A DNA stretch of 64,000 bases from a virus. Taxonomy: Duplodnaviria > Caudoviricetes. The notes under the pieces are model-generated. The model had not been told where the DNA came from. It saw only the letters and a program-made list of their open reading frames with translations, and did not search any database. The position numbers and the translations under genes are program-made. Of the stretch, positions 19,666 through 29,238 are shown piece by piece (position 1 is the stretch's first letter; every line of letters starts with the position of its first letter). The DNA lies in the IMG/VR virus record IMGVR_UViG_3300042691_021640, positions 2,758 through 66,757 of that record; one strand, 5' to 3'.

Positions 19666-20220
19666 TTATGCTGGTACTTCTTCGAACGTAGCTTTTATAG
19701 AAAAGTTATTGAAGAATGGATTAGAGGAGCCCCATCTTCTACAAACGAATAGTTTAGCATCTGTGGAAGCCACAGAATAAGGGGCGGATGGGTAATAAAT
19801 AAAAGCAGTCTTAGCAGATCTTGCGCTTAAAAAATGCAGAATAGCTGTGCATTCATCTAGAGTTAAACCATCAAAGTTTAAATCAAAATTAAGAAGATTG
19901 AAGTTAATTTGATCGCTCACTCTCTTTTCATAGCCGTCTCCATATTTGACTACGCTTACTTTTGGTTCAAAGTTGGCTTGAGTTTGATAAGAAGGCTTCC
20001 AGATAAAAAAAGGATAGTCTTTTTTCACTACTGGGTGTTGAAAGTAGCCTCCCCAATAAGCGTCTGAGTTAGAAATAACACTAGAATAAACTGGTGGATT
20101 ATTAGCGGGTACGGCAGCTTTAGCATAATAATACCGATTATCCGTATATACGATAATATCGTGTTTATTGTATACGCTGGAATTATTCCATGTACTAATG
20201 TTAAAAATGGAGCTAGACAT
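19666..20220 (-). CDS. Minor tail protein M (lambda gpM-like) with an N-terminal extension
   Basis: PKVSVVKYGDGYEKRVSDQIN...FDLNF...ILHFL...AF, KATFEEV; first gene of the M-L-K-K-I-J operon. Confidence 0.85.
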   Translation of the reverse strand: MSSSIFNISTWNNSSVYNKHDIIVYTDNRYYYAKAAVPANNPPVYSSVISNSDAYWGGYFQHPVVKKDYPFFIWKPSYQTQANFEPKVSVVKYGDGYEKRVSDQINFNLLNFDLNFDGLTLDECTAILHFLSARSAKTAFIYYPSAPYSVASTDAKLFVCRRWGSSNPFFNNFSIKATFEEVPA

Positions 20221-20246
20221 ACCTTTTACCTTTTACCAACTTATTA

Positions 20247-20264
20247 TTACACTTTTTTGTGTAA
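20247..20264. promoter_or_regulatory. Back-to-back GTGTAA motifs (candidate phage late promoters) between the divergent tail operons
   Basis: TTACAC at 20247-20252 (GTGTAA on minus) and GTGTAA at 20259-20264 on plus, both followed by AT-rich sequence, in a 57-nt gap. Confidence 0.5.
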
Positions 20265-20277
20265 ATAATAAAATAAG

Positions 20278-21096
20278 ATGGCATTATCTCGACTAAATAA
20301 ACAGAACTTGGATTTTTACTTGAATCAAAGCCAAGTTCATGGCGTTCAGGATATTCAGGCTTCCTATCAAATGCCAGTTCAACATACCAAATATCTTGGT
20401 ATGAATAGCAGCTTTTACACTCCAGAAGGAGCAAAGACTGCCTCTTTGTCTGTAACTAGTCTGTTGACTACTTCTAATGATTTTCTCGCTTGCACAGGTG
20501 AGGCGGGTAACTATGGATTTATTACCAAGAAGAGTAATCCAAGTTCTAATATACTATTTGGATTTCAAAGCGGTTATTTAAGTTCTTATACTTGTGGGGC
20601 TCAAATTGGAGAAGTCCCAACTGTCAGAGCAAATTTTGAAATATACAATGATGCTGGGTCTATAGGTTCTGAAGGCAGCTTCAATCAATCAAGTGCCGTG
20701 GCTTTAGTAAATTCAAATTCAATAGATATAGGAATCAATGACTTCGCCACAAATAGAGTTAATTCTTTTAACCTTAATATAAACGCTAATAGAAACGCCG
20801 CTTATTACCTAGGTTCTTCAACCCCGTTTTCTGTAAGAACAATTTATCCGCTTGAAGTTAGTTGTGAATTTAACATCGCTCAAGACAGTTACTCTTTACA
20901 AAAACTATCAGACTTATCATACAACATAAAAAATATCAGTAATTTTTACATTAAAACTAAAGACTTTAATGGGAATTCGGTAAATTTTGATTTTGGAAGT
21001 TCATTATGTTATTTTATTGATGTTTCCGAAGACTTCTCTGCTAGTGTAAATTCTCCTGTAGGAATAACGGTAAGGTATAGGGGTTATCTGAAATAA
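20278..21096 (+). CDS. Putative tail structural protein, tail-tube/hub-like paralog 1
   Basis: Ser/Asn-rich beta pattern with an internal two-fold repeat (VQDIQASY...KYLG and VNSFNLNI...YYLG); tail context. Confidence 0.45.
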   Translation: MALSRLNKQNLDFYLNQSQVHGVQDIQASYQMPVQHTKYLGMNSSFYTPEGAKTASLSVTSLLTTSNDFLACTGEAGNYGFITKKSNPSSNILFGFQSGYLSSYTCGAQIGEVPTVRANFEIYNDAGSIGSEGSFNQSSAVALVNSNSIDIGINDFATNRVNSFNLNINANRNAAYYLGSSTPFSVRTIYPLEVSCEFNIAQDSYSLQKLSDLSYNIKNISNFYIKTKDFNGNSVNFDFGSSLCYFIDVSEDFSASVNSPVGITVRYRGYLK

Positions 21097-21105
21097 GGCA
21101 AAAGG

Positions 21106-21909
21106 ATGAAATATTTTAATGAATGCGAGGTCGTGTTTAATTCACGTTTTGGGTCAGGAGTAATTCTGGCTCAGAATACTTCTATTGCTGTAAATCGAAG
21201 TATGAATTCTACTTACACCATTGGAAGACAAAACTCTTCTCAGATGGTCAAGACTAAAGCAGACGAAACCAATATAGACTTTACTTATTTTCCAAATATT
21301 TCTGACCCTATTTACAAATGTTTTGAATATGTAAAGACAGGAGTATTTACCAATAGTTTCCCAGAGTCTTTTGTTCCTGTTCAAGTTGTTGTGGCTGGTG
21401 CAAGTGGTTCTTTTTATCCTTCTAGATTTGCATTAGGAGTAAATCCAAACTCCAAAGTTCAAGCATCTGTTTCGTTTTCTAGTTTTTCTAACTTATCAGG
21501 AAGTTTAAATGATAAAGTCGCAAATAATAATCTAAATAGCGGATCTGGAATTGCCCATTCTTGGAACGCTAAAGTTTCAGGAACAGCCGCAGTCTATAAT
21601 GTTTTAGACTTTAGTTACGATCTTTCTATTAGCTGGAATCCTATTTATTCCATTGGGCAGCAAAGACCAAGGCAAGTTGATTTATCTGCGGGTCAAGAAT
21701 CCTTTGACTTTACGATAGAGAATTTTAATTCCAATTTTTCAAATACAGATTTATCAACAGCAGAGAATGCTAAAATAAACATCACGACTTTTGGCAATCA
21801 ATCAATAATGATTTTAAATACGTCAGGAAGTAAAATAGACTCTTCCAATATGTCAATTAATCTTGATGATTTTGCCAAAAATAAAATATCATTAAAAAGG
21901 AGTTTCTAA
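21106..21909 (+). CDS. Putative tail structural protein, tail-tube/hub-like paralog 2
   Basis: Internal repeat AQNTSIAVNRSMNSTYTIG and VLDFSYDLSISWNPIYSIG. Confidence 0.45.
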   Translation: MKYFNECEVVFNSRFGSGVILAQNTSIAVNRSMNSTYTIGRQNSSQMVKTKADETNIDFTYFPNISDPIYKCFEYVKTGVFTNSFPESFVPVQVVVAGASGSFYPSRFALGVNPNSKVQASVSFSSFSNLSGSLNDKVANNNLNSGSGIAHSWNAKVSGTAAVYNVLDFSYDLSISWNPIYSIGQQRPRQVDLSAGQESFDFTIENFNSNFSNTDLSTAENAKINITTFGNQSIMILNTSGSKIDSSNMSINLDDFAKNKISLKRSF

Positions 21910-22989
21910 ATGTATTTTAATTATAAAAATTGCCCGTTTAAATTAAGTGGTATTGATATCCTCGCCACTAATGTAAACATGTCTCTTGATTCGACAAACT
22001 CTCCTGTTTATAATGAAGAGTTCAAGAAAAATTCTTATACATATGCTCCAGAAGATACTGTAGACACTAATTTTTCAATATCTTACTATTTAACTGGGAA
22101 AGACTTCGTAAAAGAGTATTTGCTAGGAGGAAATTCTGAGCAAGGTATTTCTGGTAATTTTTGTGGCCTTTATTTTGAAAATGGATATATAACAAATTAT
22201 TCAATAAAAGGTTCTCCAGATTCATTAGCAAAAGTTGATCTGGAGATAAAGGTTTTTGAAACTCTAAAGGGTTCTTTTTCGGCGGTCACTCCAACTAATC
22301 AACCAGAGATTGCTCCTTTAAATTTCTCAAACTTTTATCTCTCTGGTAATTTAGATGGTACTGCCTTTGATTCAAATGGTTATAATTTTACCAGCTTTAG
22401 TTACCAATACCAAAGAGAGGTTGAAAAATATAATAAAGAAGGATCTTCGATTTTTGATCAAAGTGGAAGAGCTTATTTAGGAAAAAGATCTCAGAGTCTT
22501 AGTTTTGAAATTGATAATTTTAATTATTCTTTGCCTTATTCAGGCGTTCCTTGCTCTTTTTATGTATCTTTACAAACTGGATCTCAACCTTTAGACACGT
22601 TGTCTTTTGCGGGAATAGTATCTTCAAAAAGATCTTCGGTTGAGGCTCAAGGATACATCAGATCTGAATTTTCTTTAAGACAAGATTTCTCTCATTTTAA
22701 ACCGCTCATTTCAGACTTTACTCCAAGAGTTATTTTGCCGGGAGGAACTGTTACAATAAATGGAAGTAACTTTATAAATGTTAAAAAGATTCTTTTTGGT
22801 AATACAGAAGCTTCTTCTTTTAGCGTTGCTTCTACTTCTTCTCTAACCGCTGTTGCTCCTGCTCAATTAAAAGGTGCTGCTCCTATATATATTGAAACAG
22901 AAGAAACTAGTTCTTCTTCAATATTTAATTTTAAAACAAGCGTAAATAAAAACGACATTAGACTATCTATAAATTTCGAAGGACTATAA
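21910..22989 (+). CDS. Putative tail structural protein, paralog 3, with a C-terminal IPT/TIG domain
   Basis: Same repeat pattern, then PLISDFTP....PGGTVTINGSNF.NV..I.FG...A..F.V.S...LTAVAP (IPT/TIG signature). Confidence 0.6.
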   Translation: MYFNYKNCPFKLSGIDILATNVNMSLDSTNSPVYNEEFKKNSYTYAPEDTVDTNFSISYYLTGKDFVKEYLLGGNSEQGISGNFCGLYFENGYITNYSIKGSPDSLAKVDLEIKVFETLKGSFSAVTPTNQPEIAPLNFSNFYLSGNLDGTAFDSNGYNFTSFSYQYQREVEKYNKEGSSIFDQSGRAYLGKRSQSLSFEIDNFNYSLPYSGVPCSFYVSLQTGSQPLDTLSFAGIVSSKRSSVEAQGYIRSEFSLRQDFSHFKPLISDFTPRVILPGGTVTINGSNFINVKKILFGNTEASSFSVASTSSLTAVAPAQLKGAAPIYIETEETSSSSIFNFKTSVNKNDIRLSINFEGL

Positions 22990-22990
22990 T

Positions 22991-25900
22991 ATGCCAAGTT
23001 ACAATACAGGTTCAATAAATCAAAGAATGCGCGTCACGGGCGCAGGTCTTTATGCCGTTAGTGGCTTGCAACTTCCCGGTGCTGGATTCGTAGACTTCTC
23101 ATACTATGAAGCTGATCCAGAATACATAGAGTTTAATGTTCCAGAAAATATAGTCTTTGGAGAGGCTAGATTTCATTTTATTACAGGAGATACAATTTCA
23201 TCTCCAATGTATGTCAGTGGAGTACCATTTTTTCCAATCCCAAGATTAGACGCAGTAATTCCTCAAACGCAAGAAGTTGGAGAATTTGTTTCAATCAGCG
23301 GTAAATCATTGAGCGGTATTCAATATGTATCATTTAACAACATAACAGGAACAAATATATCTTATCAACCAGACAGTGGTGTTTTATTGGTTAAGGTTCC
23401 TAGCGGTTATACAACTGGCCCAATTAGGGTTAGTGGATATAATAATACAGGAATTGTACCTGCGGTTAGTGATTTTAATTTTTATGGTAGAATTTTCATA
23501 AGTGGGTTTAGTGATAATCTTCCTTATGAAGGGGACTTATTAAGAATTTCTGGTAAGAATTTTAACCTATCTTATGTAAATGAAGGGTATTTCCCTGTAA
23601 ATTTTACTACTTATGTAGATAGTCAAGCTACTGGTTTTGTTACCGCAAGATTTACTGGTGTTGGGGATATGATTTCTGGAATTGTCCCTCAAAATGCAAA
23701 CCAAGGATTTTTGACAATTAACTCAAAAGATAACACAACATTTACTTCTAGAAGTCAAATTACTGTTTTAAAAGCTCCTCAAGTATTTAATGGTTTAAAC
23801 TTTTATTTAAATTCTGGACAATCAAATATAGTCATTGGTAAGAACTTCGATTATGCAACAGGAATTATTCTTAGCGGATTAAATTACAGAGAACCAAAAA
23901 ATATATTAAATAGCGGAGTAAGGAGTTCTGCTGTTGGTTTATTTGGTAGATCTTTATTATTTAGCGGGAATTCTTATTTGCAAATTCCATCTCCTTCTGG
24001 AGGGGATTTTAGTTTTGGATCAGGCATGTTTACTATTGAATTTTCAATTAATCCATTACCGTATACAACCGCTCAAAGAATTGATCTGTTCCAAGACCGA
24101 GGTTGGGATGGAAATGGGTTTTATTTTTCTAAGCCTGCCGCCAGTACTAATTGGACTTTCTATGCTGGGGATAGTGCAAAATTTAATATAGCAACTTCTT
24201 TAATACCCGCAAATCAATGGACAAAAGTATTAATTTCTAAAACTACTCCCAATGGATATACCTTTTATGCTATTAGCGGGGCATCTAGACAGGTTTTTGG
24301 AGCGGCATCAGCAGGAGTTCCTTATACAGTTACAGCAGGTAGCGGATTGTTTATAGGAGCTAATAATCCAGCGTTTTATGCAGCTTCTGGAATTAATTCA
24401 TTTTCTGGATATATAGAAGATTTTAGAATTGTTAAAGATGCAGGTTTATATAGCAGTATTAATCAATTAGTTACTGGTTCTGGATTATTTGATGTTCCAA
24501 ATACAAAACTACTCCTTCAAGGAAACTATTCTGACTACGATTACAGGGCAGACAGGACTCAAATATCTAATATAAAAGACATCTCTGGATATGTAGAAGA
24601 TTACAATTATGGATTATACAATAAAACTTTCCCAATAACTGCTTTTGTTAAAAATTCTAGCAACACTAGTTTAACTTTCACTGGTACAAATGCAGATGCA
24701 GGGTGTTATGATATTACAATAAGAAACACAGGCGGAAGAGATTTCTTATTTAAGAATTTTGAAATTATCAAAGGCTCTCCAGTAATTAAAAATATATCAA
24801 CTTTTGAAAATTACATTGGTGGATTTATTGAAGTTCTTGGGCATAATATTTACCCAGAATCTCAGTTCCTGTTTCAGGATACTGGTGATGCTAATTCGAT
24901 TGTTGAAGCTACTGAAAATGCAAATAGCTATTCTTACCAATCAACATTTAGACCTCAGAAAGATTTAACGATTTCTAGTTCTGTAGCAATAAGCAACAAT
25001 GCTTCTAAATTTGATGACAGAAGCTTCTTGTTCTCTGGAAGCCCCGGTCCATATATAAAGTTTTCTATAACGGGTGAGTATCCAAACGTCCCATTAAGTT
25101 ATGAAAACACCTTTACGGTTGAGCTAGACTTTAAGCCACTAACTTCTTTCTCTGCCTCCGATAGAAAATTTTTAATAGGAAGCCAAAGCGGTTTAAACGT
25201 TTTCGTAACGTCTAATAAGGTAGTAATCTCGGGAATAGATTGGAATGGTTTTATTTCTAATTTTTCTGGACAAATAAATGCGTCAGATTGGAACCACTTG
25301 TCTATTTCAAAGAGTTACATAAATCAAGGTACAATCAGTGGAAAGATTTTATTGAATGGTTCGCCTATAAATTTAAGTGGAAGCGAGCATTCTTTAGATT
25401 TCGCAACCTCTAATTTAGATTTTAGTTTAAATAGTGACAAGAGTTTAACTAGCCCAACTTTTGATATTTATATAGGAAGAGATTACGCAAATACTCCTTC
25501 TAACTATTGGAGCGGTTACATAGATGAGGTTAGAGTAGTTAGAGAAAATCCTTATCAGTATTCTAATTTTGCGCCAATTAGAAGGGCTAGAAATAATTCA
25601 ACTACAGAAGTATTGGTTCATGCTAATGCTGGGCTAATTGATGATAATGTAAGAAGCTTTGGGTATCTAAGCCTTAATACTCCAAACTTAACGTCTCTTA
25701 GAAAATCTAATTTAGTATTAGACAACTCTAATTCAAGAATTACTGGAGGCTTTGACAAGATATTTACATTCTTAAAGACTCCAACGATAACAGGAATATA
25801 TCCATCTTTGTTAGAGCAAGGTCAGCCAGCTACTGGATATGGAAGCGATATTTATTACGTTGGTTCAATTAATGTTGGAGGTTACAATGTTAATAATTAT

Positions 25901-28501
25901 ACCATTTCTCAAAATGGTTCTGAGTTTGATCAAAAGCTAGTCTTCACAGTTCCTGATTTTGCAGAAAGCGGAAACAGTTTAACAATCAATTCAAATTACT
26001 ATACTTATACATATCCAAGTGGTTTGCCAATCAAGAGCGGAACTTTAGTTGTCGATGGGTTTTCTCCATTAACGGGTGCGGCAAATACTCTAATTACTCT
26101 TTCTGGAAAATTTTTAAATACCGTTACTTCTATTGAGCTAGGAAGACAAGACGGTGCGTATAAAGTAATAACAGCTTTCAGAAGACAAAGCATAAGTGGA
26201 TTAAGCTTTTTCATTCCTCAAGTATACGATATCTCAGATGGCCCAATGGTTGTAAATGGTAGTTCAAGAGTTACTACTACAGATTCTTTAACTTTTGTTA
26301 ATCCAATAATTTCAAAAATAACTCCTAATTCTGCATATTTTGGAGACTCTATTAGTTTGTCTGGAAGCAATTTAAATGCTCTTGATTTTTATGGCGTTGG
26401 ATTCAATAATGAAATAATAAAATATCCTCATGTCATTGCTCCTACTTCGACTGGCGCATTAGTGACTGTGCCAAGAGACGTAAAGAAAGGTGCTTTTAGA
26501 TTTTTTAATTCTGGCACTACTGTAGAAATTAAAGGCTTTTCTCCATCATTTAATCCAAGTACTACGGTATCTGGATCAAATGCAAATATTTATAGGACAA
26601 GAGATTCGATTACGCTTACCGGAATAAACGCTCATAGATTTCAAACTAGAGATTTATATATTAGTGGATTTAATTTGCTTACTAATAAAACTGGACAGTA
26701 TTTGATTTCTCAAGCTATGCAAGTTATTGATATATCAACTCTTTCTGGTCTGGCTCAACCTTATACTGGGTATTCTATCTTGTCTGGAAATCTAAATATT
26801 GTATCTGACGTTTCTTCTCAAATACCAGATTTAGATCTATTAATAAGTGGCGCAGATATAATCGGCATAGGAACCACTGTAAGTTCTAATAGCTATATTA
26901 CTTTAGATGGGTATATTGGAAGTGGACAAATCTTCTTCCAGAGAAATAGTTTTGATGCTGATAGAATGTATAAAACAATTACCGTTAAGCCTCCTTCAAT
27001 ATCGACTTCAACATTAAATATCTTAACTGGTACATATAGATCTCTAATTACTTTAACTGGAGAAAATCTTAATTATGTAACAGGAATCAGGTTTGAAGGG
27101 GTTGGCACTCTTGCAAGAGGCGCTTCTGGAGCGATTGCTACATCTTTCCCTTATTTAGCCGTAAATTATAAATCTGGAATTTCAGTTGTCACTGATGCCA
27201 GAGATATAAATAGTAGCGTTACTTATAAAGACTACAACATGTTAAAGTTTTATCCTCCATCTATGGCAGGAAGGAATTTACATGGTAAAGATGTAGAAGA
27301 TATAAGACCAATTTCTGGAATGTTCTATTTGCAAACCTATTTAGGAGAAGAGTATCCAGTAACTGGAAACTTTAACTACATTCCATTTATATCTATCAGC
27401 GATGCTTATCTAAATAATAATTTGACTTATAGATTAGACGGAACAACTCAAGTTAGTGGTTGGGATGGCTCTGTTGTTTCTTTTAATGGTCAAGGAGTTA
27501 GATTTTTAACAGGCGTTGACTTCTTTTCTCAAGTCGATGGAATAATAGTAGAAAACTACCCAACAGTATTCCGATTTAATAAAAAACAGGCAAAGGTAAA
27601 TTTCTTTAATTCTGCTGGCGGAAATATTACTGGATACAGTATTATTAGTGGAGGTGCTGGTTATACATCATCTGCAATATCAATAGGCTTTACAGATGGA
27701 GGAGCAGGAGTTCCAACTGCAAACGCTTTAGTTTCTTTCATGCCTCCATATGTTGGTCAAGTTACAGGAGTAGATATAATATTTAATCCAACTTCTTCTA
27801 CTCCAAATTTCTGGCAAGGAAATAATGCTATTGTTTCAAATCCGGTTTCAGGTTTTATTCCAAAAAATCCTCCTGCTAATCTTATTTTCTCAGGAGATAA
27901 CTTTGCGGCTCAAAGTGGAGATGGTTCTAAATACTATGCTTATTATACAACTTCAGTAACTTTCCCATTAGATAATGGATTTGTAGTTGGTGAAAAGCTA
28001 GACATGAAACTTTACAATGTCGGAGCGATTTATCAAACTTCAGAACAACCATTCTTGACTATACAAAATCCAAATAACTTTGCTAAAATAGCCGATATTG
28101 TATTAACTGGAAATAGTTATGTTGGAGAAAATTCATTCACCATTAGATATGATCAGATATATTCAAATGATGATGCTGATTTTAATGATATGGATTTACA
28201 GTTTAAAACCTCAGTCCTTTATCCTACTGGGTATAATGGAAAGAGGTTTATGCTTACAACTACAAAGCCATCTAAGAATGGCAGGAATTTAAGAATAGAT
28301 TTCTCTACAAAGGTTCCCGAAACAGGGAACTATGTAAATCCAAATGATCCAATCGATTCCAAATATTTAAAATTAAGAATCGAAAGTGTAAATTCAGCAG
28401 CTTCATTGTTCAAAGGATTAGGAACTACCAGTTCAGTAAATAAAGTTTTTGCTGGATCAGTTGGAGCAGGATCTAGCTCCCCCGGAATTGGGACTTCTTA
28501 A
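22991..28501 (+). CDS. Large tail fibre / adhesin with several IPT/TIG repeats and two LamG-like (concanavalin A-type) domains (1836 aa)
   Basis: Repeated P.I....P....G..I.I.G.N units; LamG units FSFGSGMFTIEF...GYIEDFRIVKD (about 24000-24530) and FTVELDFKP...WSGYIDEVRVVR (about 25100-25630). Confidence 0.75.
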   Translation: MPSYNTGSINQRMRVTGAGLYAVSGLQLPGAGFVDFSYYEADPEYIEFNVPENIVFGEARFHFITGDTISSPMYVSGVPFFPIPRLDAVIPQTQEVGEFVSISGKSLSGIQYVSFNNITGTNISYQPDSGVLLVKVPSGYTTGPIRVSGYNNTGIVPAVSDFNFYGRIFISGFSDNLPYEGDLLRISGKNFNLSYVNEGYFPVNFTTYVDSQATGFVTARFTGVGDMISGIVPQNANQGFLTINSKDNTTFTSRSQITVLKAPQVFNGLNFYLNSGQSNIVIGKNFDYATGIILSGLNYREPKNILNSGVRSSAVGLFGRSLLFSGNSYLQIPSPSGGDFSFGSGMFTIEFSINPLPYTTAQRIDLFQDRGWDGNGFYFSKPAASTNWTFYAGDSAKFNIATSLIPANQWTKVLISKTTPNGYTFYAISGASRQVFGAASAGVPYTVTAGSGLFIGANNPAFYAASGINSFSGYIEDFRIVKDAGLYSSINQLVTGSGLFDVPNTKLLLQGNYSDYDYRADRTQISNIKDISGYVEDYNYGLYNKTFPITAFVKNSSNTSLTFTGTNADAGCYDITIRNTGGRDFLFKNFEIIKGSPVIKNISTFENYIGGFIEVLGHNIYPESQFLFQDTGDANSIVEATENANSYSYQSTFRPQKDLTISSSVAISNNASKFDDRSFLFSGSPGPYIKFSITGEYPNVPLSYENTFTVELDFKPLTSFSASDRKFLIGSQSGLNVFVTSNKVVISGIDWNGFISNFSGQINASDWNHLSISKSYINQGTISGKILLNGSPINLSGSEHSLDFATSNLDFSLNSDKSLTSPTFDIYIGRDYANTPSNYWSGYIDEVRVVRENPYQYSNFAPIRRARNNSTTEVLVHANAGLIDDNVRSFGYLSLNTPNLTSLRKSNLVLDNSNSRITGGFDKIFTFLKTPTITGIYPSLLEQGQPATGYGSDIYYVGSINVGGYNVNNYTISQNGSEFDQKLVFTVPDFAESGNSLTINSNYYTYTYPSGLPIKSGTLVVDGFSPLTGAANTLITLSGKFLNTVTSIELGRQDGAYKVITAFRRQSISGLSFFIPQVYDISDGPMVVNGSSRVTTTDSLTFVNPIISKITPNSAYFGDSISLSGSNLNALDFYGVGFNNEIIKYPHVIAPTSTGALVTVPRDVKKGAFRFFNSGTTVEIKGFSPSFNPSTTVSGSNANIYRTRDSITLTGINAHRFQTRDLYISGFNLLTNKTGQYLISQAMQVIDISTLSGLAQPYTGYSILSGNLNIVSDVSSQIPDLDLLISGADIIGIGTTVSSNSYITLDGYIGSGQIFFQRNSFDADRMYKTITVKPPSISTSTLNILTGTYRSLITLTGENLNYVTGIRFEGVGTLARGASGAIATSFPYLAVNYKSGISVVTDARDINSSVTYKDYNMLKFYPPSMAGRNLHGKDVEDIRPISGMFYLQTYLGEEYPVTGNFNYIPFISISDAYLNNNLTYRLDGTTQVSGWDGSVVSFNGQGVRFLTGVDFFSQVDGIIVENYPTVFRFNKKQAKVNFFNSAGGNITGYSIISGGAGYTSSAISIGFTDGGAGVPTANALVSFMPPYVGQVTGVDIIFNPTSSTPNFWQGNNAIVSNPVSGFIPKNPPANLIFSGDNFAAQSGDGSKYYAYYTTSVTFPLDNGFVVGEKLDMKLYNVGAIYQTSEQPFLTIQNPNNFAKIADIVLTGNSYVGENSFTIRYDQIYSNDDADFNDMDLQFKTSVLYPTGYNGKRFMLTTTKPSKNGRNLRIDFSTKVPETGNYVNPNDPIDSKYLKLRIESVNSAASLFKGLGTTSSVNKVFAGSVGAGSSSPGIGTS

Positions 28502-29203
28502 TTACTTAGCCTTTTGAATTCTTTCAATCAATTCGAAGATTTTAATCTTTGGAATATCGGCTATTGACATAAGAGAGTCTGCATTAGCGTAGCCTTCTTT
28601 TATAAGGCGTTCTTTTAATTTTGCAAAAGTAACGCTTTTCTCTTTCATTACTTTTTCAAGGATGGCATGAGGCTCAAATGCTGCCGAGGACTCAGCAGCA
28701 GAGTCATCAACGACGTTATTCTTTGACTTGCCAATTTCGTCTTGACCAACAATGTTGATCTTTAAGAAATTTCGAACACAGCGAATGAAGGCCCTGTTCT
28801 CTGCAATTGGACCCAAGAAGTGACGAGCAAAGTCCTTAGTGTTACCGGGAGAAGCGTCTCCAATAGAAGAGAAAGTAATTGGAGTACCTTCTGTTTCGTA
28901 GTTTGGAACCCAGTCTATCTTGCAAACAGCAACTACATAGTCTGAGCTTGGGGAAGTTACGGTATAATCAACAGAGAAAAATCCTCTGAGTTGAGCTACA
29001 TATTTAATTCCAGCAAGAAGAATAAGAAGATCTTTATCTTCTAGCTTGGTAACATCAGTTTCATTAGTCCTGTCTCTATTTGGGACAAGGAACTCTGGCT
29101 TGATCATTTTGCGCCAGTTAATAGATCCATCATCATTAAAGTGGTATTCTACACCTTCAATGAGGCCATCAGAAGAACGAACAAGTTTCTTTACAGTATT
29201 CAC
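28502..29203 (-). CDS. Putative Rad52/Sak-like single-strand annealing protein
   Basis: LLILLAGIKYVAQLRG...VAVCKIDW...SSIGDASP...PIAENRAFIRCVRNFL pattern; GTG start; lies in the replication/recombination block. Confidence 0.5.
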   Translation of the reverse strand: MNTVKKLVRSSDGLIEGVEYHFNDDGSINWRKMIKPEFLVPNRDRTNETDVTKLEDKDLLILLAGIKYVAQLRGFFSVDYTVTSPSSDYVVAVCKIDWVPNYETEGTPITFSSIGDASPGNTKDFARHFLGPIAENRAFIRCVRNFLKINIVGQDEIGKSKNNVVDDSAAESSAAFEPHAILEKVMKEKSVTFAKLKERLIKEGYANADSLMSIADIPKIKIFELIERIQKAK

Positions 29204-29209
29204 ATAGGT

Positions 29210-29238
29210 ATACTATGCGGCAACTGGCGACTTATCAA
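29210..29238 (-). promoter_or_regulatory. Sigma70-type promoter TTGATA-N17-TAGTAT, 6 nt upstream of the GTG start (leaderless-type)
   Basis: Exact 17-nt spacing read from the sequence; lies inside the 3' end of the upstream gene. Confidence 0.6.

Noticed and set aside
8952-28501. Diversity-generating retroelement acting on tail adhesins
   Set aside because: No reverse transcriptase and no template/variable repeat pair noticed in the window.
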